The notes below the pieces were generated by a model. That model worked only from the letters and a program-made list of their open reading frames with translations, did no database searches and had not been told where the DNA came from. The position numbers were made by a program, and so were the translations under genes. A stretch of DNA of 64,000 nucleotides from Candidatus Methylomirabilota bacterium (lineage in GTDB: Bacteria > Methylomirabilota > Methylomirabilia > Rokubacteriales > CSP1-6): the NCBI GenBank assembly GCA_046727155.1, contig JBKPCB010000027.1:2626-66625 (forward strand), read 5' to 3'. Shown one piece after another: positions 55,916 to 64,000 of the stretch. How positions within the stretch are numbered: the stretch's first letter is position 1; each line of letters starts with the position of its first letter.

Positions 55916-56953
55916 GTGCGCTGCCAGCGGTGCGGTCACGATCTGGGCCCGGACGCCCGGTTTTGTCCCTCGTGCGGGCAGCCGGTCAGCGGCGCGGCCG
56001 CGCCCCCGCCCCATCACCTCGCCTGGATCAACCGCTTCATCGGGGACGTCGCCTCGCTGTCCGTGCGGGACCTGGCGCGCGTGGACCGGCAGCACGCCAT
56101 GGAGATCATCAGAAGCCCGGTCTTCCGCCTGCTCTGCCTGGTCGCGGTGGTCCCGCTGGCCATCCAGACCCTCGACGGCGTCCGGGCCATCCTGAACGGG
56201 CTCGCGATCTGGTCGGGGCTGCTCTGGTCGCTCCTGCTCTATCGCCTGTTTGCCCACCGCCAGGTGCCGGTAGGTTGGGCCATCGGCACCGTCTTCTTCA
56301 CGGCCTTCGTCGGCGTGCCGCTGTTGCAGGCCTTCCTCGATGTTCCGGTCAACGTGTTCTCGCGCCTGACCAGCATCGACTTCCTGCCGCTGCAGCTCGT
56401 GGGCTATATCGTGGGCGTAGGCGTGCGCGAAGAGCTGTTCAAGGCCATCCCGCTGCTGATCCTGATCCGGTTCACGCCGCGCATGAAGAACCCGGTGGTC
56501 GGGATCGTGCTCGGGATGATGTCGGGCGTCGGCTTCGCGGTGGCGGAGAACGTCGTCTACGTCTTCACCAACCTGAATCGGGCGGTCGGCGCGGTCCAGC
56601 AAACGGGTCAGCTCATCCACCTGGTCGGCCCCATCTACACGAACGTCGTGCGGATGGCGATGACGCCGTTCTTCCACGGTTGCCTCAGCGGGATCTTCGG
56701 CTATTTCATCGCGCTGTCCGCAGCCAACCCCGGCCAGCGCTGGCCATTGCTGGTCGCCGGCTGGAGCATCGCGGCGGTCCTGCACGGCTTCTTCGACACC
56801 TTCGTGATCCGCTCCGCATTGTGGGGCGTGCTCATCGAAGGCGGAGCCTTCTTCCTGCTGATGACCTACATCCTCAAGGCGCGCGGGCTCACCGCCGCGA
56901 GCCAGCTGGGCGACGGCATCTTCGGCCCGGACCCCGAGCTCCCGCCCGGCTAG
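55916..56953 (+). CDS. PrsW-family intramembrane metalloprotease with an N-terminal zinc ribbon
   Basis: The N-terminal zinc ribbon is CQRCGHDLGPDARFCPSCG. PrsW motifs are REELFKAIPL (EExxK), FAVAEN (FxxxE) and HGFFD. Confidence 0.7.
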   Translation: MRCQRCGHDLGPDARFCPSCGQPVSGAAAPPPHHLAWINRFIGDVASLSVRDLARVDRQHAMEIIRSPVFRLLCLVAVVPLAIQTLDGVRAILNGLAIWSGLLWSLLLYRLFAHRQVPVGWAIGTVFFTAFVGVPLLQAFLDVPVNVFSRLTSIDFLPLQLVGYIVGVGVREELFKAIPLLILIRFTPRMKNPVVGIVLGMMSGVGFAVAENVVYVFTNLNRAVGAVQQTGQLIHLVGPIYTNVVRMAMTPFFHGCLSGIFGYFIALSAANPGQRWPLLVAGWSIAAVLHGFFDTFVIRSALWGVLIEGGAFFLLMTYILKARGLTAASQLGDGIFGPDPELPPG

Positions 56954-57003
56954 GGCCGCCGCCTCACTGGACGCGGCGGCGCCTACGCTCCGCCGTGCCG
57001 GCT

Positions 57004-59334
57004 CTAGCTCGTGTGACGCCGGCCGGCGTCGGCGATGGCCTGCCAGATCCGGGCGGGCGTGAGCGGAATGTCGAGATGCCGGATGCCGAGAGGGCGCAGG
57101 GCGTCCAGCACCGCATTCGCGATCGCCGGAGTCGAGCCAATGGTGGCGGACTCGCCGATGCCCTTGACGCCGAGCGCCGTGCGGGGCGAGGGCGTCACGG
57201 TATGGCCCGTCTCGAAGGCGGGCAGATCGCCGGCCTTCGGGATCGCGTAGTCCATCAGTGAGCCCGAGAGCAGCTGCCCCTGGCCGTCGTACTGTCCGCC
57301 CTCCCACAGCGCCTGGCCGATGCCCTGGGCAAGCCCGCCGTGCACCTGGCCGGCCGCGAGCAGCGGGTTGACGATGGGCCCGCTGTCGTCCACGGTCACA
57401 TAGCGCAGCACCCGAACTCCCCCGGTGTCACGGTCCACCTCGACCATGGCCAAGTGGGCACCGAAGGGATAGAGCAGGCCCTGCCCCACGAAATCCTCGC
57501 GCGATTCGAGCCCGCGCTCGAATCCCGCGGGCAGCGCGCCGCCGTGCGCCGCCGCGGCGACCTGCGTCCAGCTCACGCGCCGGTCGGGCACGCCGCGAAC
57601 GCTGAAGGCGCCCCCAGCGGCCACAATATCGTCGGCGCGCGCTTCCAATAGGTGAGCGGCGATGAAGCGGGCTTTGTCGGCGATACGGCGCGCATTGGCC
57701 ACCGCCGCCATGCCTCCGCGGGCGATGCTGCGGCTGCCGAAGGTGCCGACGCCCTTGCGGACGATGCGCGTGTCGCCGTGCGTCACGGTCACGCTGTCGA
57801 TCGGAATCCCGAGCTCGTCGGCAACGAGCTGGGCAAAGCTCGTCTCGTGCCCCTGGCCGTGGGAGGAGGCGCCCGTCTGCACGGTCACCCGCCCGTCGGC
57901 CTCCACGATGACATCGCTGGTCTCCTCGTCGACAAAGCCGCACATCTCAACGTATGAGGCCAGCCCGATCCCAATCAGCGCTCCGGCCGACCGCCGCCGC
58001 TGCTGCTCGGCGCGCAGCGCCGCGCCGCCGGCGCGCTCGAGCAGGGCCTCGAGGGCCCCGGCGTAATTGCCGCTGTCGTAGCTCGTACCCACGGCGGTTT
58101 CGTACGGGAATCGCTCGCGCGGCACAAAGTTGAGCCGTCGAACCTCGGCGGGATCGAGCCCGGCCTGCGCGGCGAGCAAGTCCATCATCCGCTCGATGAA
58201 GAAGGCGGCTTCCGGCCGGCCCGCGCCGCGGTAGGCGGCCGTGCCCATGGTATTGGTGAAGGCGCAGCGCACCTCGACGCGCGCCGCCGGGATGTCGTAG
58301 CAGCCGGTGATCATCTGGCCGCAGAGCACCGGCAGCAACGGCCCGTCGCTGAAGAGGCACCAGCCGAGGTTGCCGATGATGCGGGCATCCAGCGCGAGGA
58401 TGCGGCCGGACCGATCTGCCGCCAGGCGCAGGCGAGCCACCACTGCGCGGCCGTGGGACGTGGCGAGCAGGTCCTCGCGCCGGCTCGCGTTCCATCTCAC
58501 CGGACGTCTGAGCCGCAGCGCAAGCCAGGGCACGATGAGGTCCTCGGGGTACAAGGCGATCTTGGCGCCGAAGCCGCCGCCGACCCGCGGCGCGATCAGG
58601 TGCACGCGCTCGGGCGGGAGTTTCAGGTGCTGGGCGATCGCGTCCCGCAGGCCGTGGGGAATCTGGGTGCAGCCCCAGACCCTGAGCCCGCCCGTCGATT
58701 CGTCGTAGGTGGCGGCCACCGCGCGCGGTTCCATTGCCACCGCCATGAGCCGCTGGTTCTCGAGGCGCGCCTCGACGACCACGGCCGCGTCGCTGAACGC
58801 GCGGTCGACGTCTCCGCGGCTGCGCGCCCAGCGCACGCCAAGATTCGATTTGAGATGGCCGTACAGCCGCGGCGACTGCGGCTTGAGCGCCTCTTCGGCA
58901 TCGGTCAGCGCCGGCAGCGGAGCATAGTCCACGGCGACCAGATCCGCCGCGTCCTCGGCCGCTTCCGCGCTCTCGGCCACGACCACGGCGACCGGCTCGC
59001 CAAGATAGCGCGCGCGGTCCTCGGCAGCCGGCCGGTGCAGCTGGAGGTGGCATTCGTCGAAGGCCTCGGGCGGGATCAGCATCGCGATCTCGCCGAGCTC
59101 GGCATTGAGCTCCGCGCCGGTGAAGACGGCGGCCACTCCGGGCGCCCGGCGCGCCGCCTCGACCCCGACCCGCCGGATCTCGGCATGGGCGTGCGGGCTG
59201 CGGACGACGAAGACGTGGAGCGCGCCGGGTAGGTGGATGTCGGCGACATAGGCCTCGCGACCTGTGAGCAGTCCCGGATCTTCCTTCCGCTTGAGCGGCC
59301 GTCCGACGTGGCTCGAGGCGCTGGAAGAGGGCAT
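57004..59334 (-). CDS. Xanthine dehydrogenase family molybdopterin-binding subunit (CoxL/aldehyde-oxidase large-subunit-like)
   Basis: It is 776 aa, with an a/b-hammerhead N-terminus and Mo-pterin-binding motifs (GGGFG, ...). No small or medium subunit genes are adjacent. Confidence 0.85.
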   Translation of the reverse strand: MPSSSASSHVGRPLKRKEDPGLLTGREAYVADIHLPGALHVFVVRSPHAHAEIRRVGVEAARRAPGVAAVFTGAELNAELGEIAMLIPPEAFDECHLQLHRPAAEDRARYLGEPVAVVVAESAEAAEDAADLVAVDYAPLPALTDAEEALKPQSPRLYGHLKSNLGVRWARSRGDVDRAFSDAAVVVEARLENQRLMAVAMEPRAVAATYDESTGGLRVWGCTQIPHGLRDAIAQHLKLPPERVHLIAPRVGGGFGAKIALYPEDLIVPWLALRLRRPVRWNASRREDLLATSHGRAVVARLRLAADRSGRILALDARIIGNLGWCLFSDGPLLPVLCGQMITGCYDIPAARVEVRCAFTNTMGTAAYRGAGRPEAAFFIERMMDLLAAQAGLDPAEVRRLNFVPRERFPYETAVGTSYDSGNYAGALEALLERAGGAALRAEQQRRRSAGALIGIGLASYVEMCGFVDEETSDVIVEADGRVTVQTGASSHGQGHETSFAQLVADELGIPIDSVTVTHGDTRIVRKGVGTFGSRSIARGGMAAVANARRIADKARFIAAHLLEARADDIVAAGGAFSVRGVPDRRVSWTQVAAAAHGGALPAGFERGLESREDFVGQGLLYPFGAHLAMVEVDRDTGGVRVLRYVTVDDSGPIVNPLLAAGQVHGGLAQGIGQALWEGGQYDGQGQLLSGSLMDYAIPKAGDLPAFETGHTVTPSPRTALGVKGIGESATIGSTPAIANAVLDALRPLGIRHLDIPLTPARIWQAIADAGRRHTS

Positions 59335-59427
59335 GGTGCTCGGGAACGGTAGGGCAAGGTGGAGAGCGTGTCAAGGAGAGCAGGCGGCAGCGGCCGCGCG
59401 CTCCCGCGCTCTGCTCGGCTGCGGGCG

Positions 59428-60195
59428 CTACCGCGCGGGCTTGGCCGGTCGGGCGAAGGCCGAGCGGCCGTCGAGCGTCTCGCGGACGGTTCGGCAGAGA
59501 TCCTCGACGGTGAACGGCTTGGGCAGGTAGCGGTCGCCGCGGGCCGAGACGCCGGACACCGAGTAGGCGGACATCAGCACGACCTTGATGGTCGGGCGCA
59601 GCGGCAGGATGCGCTCGACCAGGTGGAAGCCGTTCATGAGCGGCATGACGATGTCCGTGATCAGCATGTGGAGCGGGCCGTCGTGCTCCTTGGCGATGCG
59701 CACGGCGCGCATTGGGTCGGCGCCGGCGTCGAGAACCACGTATCCCTTGGCCTCGAGCGCGGAGCGCGCCAGGGCGCGGGCGCCGTCGTCGTCATCCACG
59801 AGCACGATGGTCTCCGAGCCGGCCCGCGCCTCGCGGTGCCAGCCGCCGGGCGGCGCCGCGGCCGTCGGCTTGCCGGCGACGGAGATCGGCTGTTGGTGGA
59901 CTCCCAGGAAAAGGAGCGCCGGGCCATCGCGATCGATGCGCCAGACGATGGCGCCCGTCTCGTAAGGCGGCCGGCCGGACGGGCGGATCTTGAGCTTGAT
60001 CTCCGCGCCGAGCTCCAGCCGCTCGCCGAGCCGGAGCTTGACCCCGTATGGGCTGACATTGATCGTCTCGGCCGGAATGTGGCGGAGGCCATTGTCCACG
60101 ACCACCGGCCAGGCAACCTTCTCCCGCGCGTGCCGCCGGGTGTCTTTCCGTATCTTCGCCCTTGGCGTGCCTTCGACGAAATCCGGTTTGGCCAT
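59428..60195 (-). CDS. PilZ-domain plus response-regulator receiver (REC) fusion protein
   Basis: The N-terminus has RRHAREKV...VSPYGVKLRLG (a PilZ-like RxxxR...D/NxSxxG). The C-terminus has IVLVDDDD...DIVMPLMNG...KPF, a REC domain. Confidence 0.65.
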   Translation of the reverse strand: MAKPDFVEGTPRAKIRKDTRRHAREKVAWPVVVDNGLRHIPAETINVSPYGVKLRLGERLELGAEIKLKIRPSGRPPYETGAIVWRIDRDGPALLFLGVHQQPISVAGKPTAAAPPGGWHREARAGSETIVLVDDDDGARALARSALEAKGYVVLDAGADPMRAVRIAKEHDGPLHMLITDIVMPLMNGFHLVERILPLRPTIKVVLMSAYSVSGVSARGDRYLPKPFTVEDLCRTVRETLDGRSAFARPAKPAR

Positions 60196-60374
60196 CGACA
60201 GTTCTCCCCCTCAGTTAGAGGAAGCAAGACACATTCCAGACGCCTTCGTGGCTCGGAAGGGCCTGATTGTACGAGCTTTCACCGGTTCGTGGCGAGGGCC
60301 GAGGCCTTGGTGCCGGCGACGAATTGCGGCAGAAGGTGACGCGATTGACCTGAGCGGGAGGGCCGCCGGCGCCC

Positions 60375-61046
60375 TCAATGCCACCGATGGCCGACGAGCC
60401 CGGCCTGAAAAGAGCGCCGGTCCACCCGCGAGAGGCTCCGGATCAGCGGCGGCGTGAGCAGCGGCGTGTGGGCGATGTCCAGCAGATATTCGGGGATGAA
60501 CCAGAGATCTGTCTCGGCCGTCATCCAGCCCGGGTGAGTGCGGTCGAAGCGCCCGAGGTTCACCGGGCGCGAGTAGGTGCGCAGTGTGCGCTCGCCGCGG
60601 AGATTGAACCAGCCCTCGAAGTAGCTCATCGCCAGCTCACGGAGGCTGCGGTAGATCGGCTCACGATAGCGGAGTCCCGAGTAGTTCGACTTGGCGACCG
60701 CGCCCCAATGTCCGTGCAGGCGATAGACGGCGATGACATGATCGGTGTCGTGGACGGCCTCCAAGTCGAGCAGCAGCGGGGGGAAGCCGAGCACGCGCAG
60801 CGCCCCGGCCGCGAAAATCGCGCCCTCGAGACAATGGGCCGTCCCCTCCCTCAACACGCGGCGCGGCGACCACGCCGTGTCCTTCAGGTGATAGGGCATG
60901 GCGTCGAGCGCGCGCTGGACGCCCCAAGGGGTCCGGAGCGCGCGGAACGCGCGCAGCTCGCGCGGAGTGAAGCCGAAGGTCTTGCCGCGTCCTCTCGCCA
61001 CCGTCACGAGCTCCCCTTCCGCATGCCGGCGCACACGGCCGGCCAT
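60375..61046 (-). CDS. Hypothetical protein with a putative transglutaminase-like Cys/His/Asp core
   Basis: TAHCLEGAIFAA, DTDHVIAVYR and a downstream Asp were read from the sequence. The assignment is tentative. Confidence 0.4.
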   Translation of the reverse strand: MAGRVRRHAEGELVTVARGRGKTFGFTPRELRAFRALRTPWGVQRALDAMPYHLKDTAWSPRRVLREGTAHCLEGAIFAAGALRVLGFPPLLLDLEAVHDTDHVIAVYRLHGHWGAVAKSNYSGLRYREPIYRSLRELAMSYFEGWFNLRGERTLRTYSRPVNLGRFDRTHPGWMTAETDLWFIPEYLLDIAHTPLLTPPLIRSLSRVDRRSFQAGLVGHRWH

Positions 61047-61091
61047 CTTAGCACGGGAGGCGGCGAGTGCGAGCGAAGCGACTACGCGGAA

Positions 61092-61961
61092 TCAGCCCCC
61101 GGCACGTCTGAAGGAGGGCGGCGGGGCGGCAATCAGGTCGGCGTGGCCGGCGTCCGCGAGAAAGCGGCGAATCTCGACGAGCGGAGTGACGAATGTCTGG
61201 CCAGGAACGGGCACCTCGATGAACCAGGGTGCCTCCGTACCCTGAGAGGTGACGCGGGCCGTCCGGTATCCCTCGACCAGTCCGAGCAGCCCGCCGTCGC
61301 GCGCATCGTACACGCCACCGCCGCTCGACCCGTAGCTCACCGATGCGTCCACCATCAGCCGCGAGGCGGTCTCACGGTCCTCCGCGCCCTGGGCATTGAC
61401 TTGACTCACGATGCCGCCGCCCAGCAAGAGATTGCGCCCCCAGGGAAACCCGATGACCCAGACGGACTCGCCGAGCATGGCCGGTGCTCCCGGCCGCGCG
61501 GGCTCGCACGCGTCAGTCTCGGCGCGGAGCAGCGCGAGGTCCAGATCCGCGGTTTCGCGATAGGCGAGGACCGTGGCGCGCTCTTTGGTTCCCGCACCGC
61601 GGTGCCGGCCGAAGAGGAGATAGATCTCCTTTTGGCCTACCGCGCCGGCGACGGTATGGCCGCTGGTGAGCACGAAACAATCGACGCGACGCGCGGCGCG
61701 GCGGGAGGCGATCACCACGCCCGAGCCAGTCCGAAATCGGCGCCCCTCTTGCTGCTCGAGGACGATCTGCACGGCAGACGGCAGGATCCGTTGGAGCACG
61801 TCCTCGCGGCTGGGTTCCCAGCGCCCCGTCAGGCCGCAGCCCGCCGCGAGCGCGACAATGGTCGCGCTTGCGGCCAATGGCCGGATGAGCGCTCGAAGCC
61901 TGTCCAGCAGCAAGATCACGATACGGCGCCTCGCTCTCAATATACCCTTGGCGAGCGCCAT
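61092..61961 (-). CDS. Trypsin-like serine protease lipoprotein
   Basis: It has the lipobox LAAGCG, His in LTSGHTV, Asp in TADLDLALL and Ser in YGSSGGGVYD. It starts at MALAKG; the upstream part of ORF 61092..62333 is excluded. Confidence 0.65.
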   Translation of the reverse strand: MALAKGILRARRRIVILLLDRLRALIRPLAASATIVALAAGCGLTGRWEPSREDVLQRILPSAVQIVLEQQEGRRFRTGSGVVIASRRAARRVDCFVLTSGHTVAGAVGQKEIYLLFGRHRGAGTKERATVLAYRETADLDLALLRAETDACEPARPGAPAMLGESVWVIGFPWGRNLLLGGGIVSQVNAQGAEDRETASRLMVDASVSYGSSGGGVYDARDGGLLGLVEGYRTARVTSQGTEAPWFIEVPVPGQTFVTPLVEIRRFLADAGHADLIAAPPPSFRRAGG

Positions 61962-62091
61962 TGCGCCAGGCGTCACGATCGATCTGGCGATAGGCCTGGC
62001 ATGTCCTATGCTCATTACAACTACGCTCAAGCCAATATTCAGCGTCGAGCGCTTGCCGCCGTCGCCGAGACGGCGGGAAAGGAGGAGGTCG

Positions 62092-62508
62092 ATGTGGCAT
62101 AAGATCGCGCTCATGATTGCGGTCCTGGCACTTCTCGTGGCGCCGGTATGGGCCCAGCAATACCCCACGCCGGGCGCTGGTGGGCCCGCGGGTTCGCCCA
62201 ATCTCTCTCGTCCGGTGGTCAATACTCCGCTCGAGGGAAAGGTCAAGAAGGTCGATCCGGGGGCGAGAACCGTCCAGGTTTCATCCGGGCTTCTCGGCCT
62301 CTTCGGGAGAACCCTCGAAATCACCAGCGACACTCAGATCCAGGTCGAGGGCAAGCAGGCCACTCTGGCTGATATCCACGAAGGAGCGAAGGTAAAGGCC
62401 TCTTACGAGACACGGGAAGGCAAGAACATCGCTACCCGCCTCGAGGTCATGCCGGCGCCCGAGCCCGCCAAAGCCCCGACGGGCCAGGCCGCGCCGAAGA
62501 TGCAGTAG
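62092..62508 (+). CDS. Small secreted protein, paralog A
   Basis: An RBS GGAGGAGG precedes the start. The signal peptide is MWHKIALMIAVLALLVAPVWA, with core GKVKKVDPGARTVQVS...KVKASYETREGKNIATRLEV. Confidence 0.55.
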   Translation: MWHKIALMIAVLALLVAPVWAQQYPTPGAGGPAGSPNLSRPVVNTPLEGKVKKVDPGARTVQVSSGLLGLFGRTLEITSDTQIQVEGKQATLADIHEGAKVKASYETREGKNIATRLEVMPAPEPAKAPTGQAAPKMQ

Positions 62509-62536
62509 GAACCATACCGTCTCCGCCGACAAATCG

Positions 62537-62570
62537 AGCGGGCGCGGCAGAAAGCGCCGCGCCCGCTTTC
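62537..62570 (+). terminator. Intrinsic terminator after paralog A (agcgggcgcggc-agaaa-gccgcgcccgct followed by ttc)
   Basis: A 12-bp GC stem and a short T-tract were read directly from the sequence. Confidence 0.55.
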
Positions 62571-62786
62571 GCTCCCCGCCCAGAAAAATCTACAGGGTTC
62601 CTGTGGAAAAATTTCCCTCATCGTCGCGGCGGCACCTCCTTGACGTGGCGCAATACGTCGAAAGTATAAGGCGCATCGATTCATGGGAAATGCTCGACGC
62701 GGCTGCGCGGCTGGCATGTGAGTTGCCTAAACCCCTGGAGCGCATCCGGTGGCATAGCCCAAGGAGCGCGCAAAGGGGGTGGCAGG

Positions 62787-63065
62787 ATGAGGCCGATGGT
62801 GAGTTTGAAAATACTGGCCGCTTTCGTGCTCGCACTGGCGCTGGCCGGGACGGTATGGGGGGCCGAGGCGCAAGGCAAGATCAAAACCGTCGACCCGGCG
62901 GGGCGAATCATCACCCTCACGGACGGGACACAGCTCACGATCCCGGCGACGGTGCGGCTCGGGCGCACGGCGCTGAGACCGGGCGCCGAAGTCAAAGCCA
63001 GCTACGAAGAAAAGAACGGCGAGAAGGTGGTCAGGATCATCGACGTGCAGCGCGCCAAGAAATAG
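62787..63065 (+). CDS. Small secreted protein, paralog B
   Basis: The signal peptide is MRPMVSLKILAAFVLALALAGTVWGA. The core GKIKTVDPAGRIITL...EVKASYEEKNGEKVVRIIDV parallels paralog A. Confidence 0.55.
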   Translation: MRPMVSLKILAAFVLALALAGTVWGAEAQGKIKTVDPAGRIITLTDGTQLTIPATVRLGRTALRPGAEVKASYEEKNGEKVVRIIDVQRAKK

Positions 63066-63097
63066 GACGACTCGGTGCGCGTCATGGCCCGCGCCGA

Positions 63098-63934
63098 TCA
63101 GAACACGTCGTCACGCTCGCCGAACTCGAATTGGTAGGTCGTCTCCTCCACCTCCTCGGGGGAGAGCAGGCCTTTTTTGGCGAGCAGCTCCTCGAAGGTC
63201 GCGAGCCAGATCTCGTAGTAGGTGAAGGGCCCGCCCCGGGACTCGGCCGCCGCAATCTGGGCGATAAGGGTTTGGCGGAATTCCTCCCAGTCGTAGCGTC
63301 CCTGCTCATGCAGGGCCACGGCCATGCCAAAGGCCCGGCCCTGCCATGGCTCGTCGAAGACCAGCTCACCGTTCTTCCTGGGTAGCGCCGTCGCGCCCTC
63401 CATGGCCGCCACCACGCGCTCCACCGTCAGCGACCGACCGTCGGCCCTCACCCCAGAGGGCATGCCCGCGCAGGCCTGCGCGCCGGCGCGGCGCGGTCGC
63501 CGGTCGTCCACGGGTTGACCGTCGGGGCGCGGCTGCCAGGCGGAGGCGGTGAAGTGATAGGGCGCGAGCTGGGGCGGCGGCGGCAGGGCGCCGTCGGCGT
63601 CCAGCATCGCCTCGATATGGTCGTAGATGGCGCGCGCCATAGCGTCCGAGTTGACCGAGTGAAACCATTGAATCTGACCGTCGTACAGCAGGAGCGCCAC
63701 ATTGGCGAGCGCGCATGGGCCCAGGCAGCCACCGATGGTGAGATGCACGACATTGCGTAGGCGGCGTCGCTCCCACTCGGAGTGAAAGACCTCAGTGGGC
63801 ACCGGGGCGAAGCCGTCCTCGACGCGCCCGCAGCAGCACCCGCCGGCACAGACGAAGAGATGCCCGCGCGGGCGTGCCACATTGACGGGGCGGCCGTCGG
63901 AACGCATGACGATATTGCGCCGGCGCGCGTACAC
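63098..63934 (-). CDS. Fusion of a thioredoxin-like [2Fe-2S] ferredoxin-type domain and a nitrile hydratase beta-subunit-like (accessory/activator-type) domain
   Basis: The N-terminal Cys pattern is FVCAGGCCCG...GGCLGPC (NuoE/Fd-like CxxxxC...CxxxC). The C-terminus PWQGRAFGMAVALHEQGRYDWEEFRQ...YYEIWLATFEELLAKKGLLS matches the NHase beta N-domain/accessory protein. The start is uncertain (GTG 63934 or ATG 63907). Confidence 0.6.
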   Translation of the reverse strand: MYARRRNIVMRSDGRPVNVARPRGHLFVCAGGCCCGRVEDGFAPVPTEVFHSEWERRRLRNVVHLTIGGCLGPCALANVALLLYDGQIQWFHSVNSDAMARAIYDHIEAMLDADGALPPPPQLAPYHFTASAWQPRPDGQPVDDRRPRRAGAQACAGMPSGVRADGRSLTVERVVAAMEGATALPRKNGELVFDEPWQGRAFGMAVALHEQGRYDWEEFRQTLIAQIAAAESRGGPFTYYEIWLATFEELLAKKGLLSPEEVEETTYQFEFGERDDVF

Positions 63935-63939
63935 GGGCT

Positions 63940-64000
63940 TCAGGGCGCCGTGGCCGGCGGCTTGACCTCGGCCACGCCGATCAGCGCGTCACGGGTGATG
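63940..64000 (-). CDS. 3' end of an unidentified gene truncated by the window edge
   Basis: An in-frame ...ITRDALIGVAEVKPPATAP-stop is visible. The stop lies a few nt upstream of the following gene. Confidence 0.3.
   Translation of the reverse strand, partial: ITRDALIGVAEVKPPATAP

Noticed and set aside
63346-63882. Multiple overlapping ORFs inside the ferredoxin/NHase-accessory fusion gene.
   Set aside because: These are spurious alternate-frame ORFs. The chosen frame carries both conserved motif sets.

Overview
This is a gene-dense window of about 70% GC with no rRNA, tRNA, CRISPR array, transposase or integrase, so it reads as chromosomal core and accessory metabolism of a high-GC bacterium. 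I read the ORF track against motif knowledge only; no database search was possible. In order, the window contains: (1) At 14-9066, a minus-strand block of tightly packed or overlapping enzyme genes: NTF2/SnoaL-like, L-amino-acid-ligase-like ATP-grasp, F420/luciferase-like oxidoreductase, MBL hydrolase, Tat-exported FAD oxidase, ICMT-like methyltransferase, enolase-superfamily enzyme, peptidase E and a HAD hydrolase, with an unusual compound repeat in the divergent promoter at 1700-1912. (2) At 10237-15132, a complete LivKHMGF-type branched-chain amino acid ABC importer, with a 98-bp MITE-like inverted-repeat element between livH and livM. (3) A TPR protein with a VOC enzyme, an EamA exporter, a DppBC plus solute-binding-protein peptide ABC system and a DAO-family FAD oxidoreductase. 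(4) At 24589-32984, a 10-gene chemosensory operon, cheY, cheZ-like, cheY, cheA, mcp, cheW, cheR, cheD and cheB, ending in a STAS anti-sigma-antagonist gene. (5) A CDP-alcohol phosphatidyltransferase, an SPFH protein, an NDP-forming acyl-CoA synthetase, a FabH-like condensing enzyme with a 300-aa N-terminal extension of unknown function, MlaA, and a long-form B12-dependent ribonucleotide reductase NrdJ with a sigma70-like promoter. (6) A nitronate monooxygenase preceded by an intrinsic terminator in its leader. (7) A membrane trypsin-like protease fused to a rhodanese domain that is interrupted by an in-frame TGA. (8) LhgO, Xth, a Tim44-like protein, a Met/Gly-rich periplasmic protein, a PrsW-family protease with a zinc ribbon, an orphan CoxL-like molybdoenzyme subunit, a PilZ-REC protein, two tandem paralogous small secreted proteins, and a ferredoxin-like domain fused to a nitrile-hydratase-beta-like domain. 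The most system-like and least conventional loci are the Che-STAS operon, the ligase/epimerase/dipeptidase island with its repeat array, the FabH fusion protein and the TGA-interrupted protease-rhodanese.
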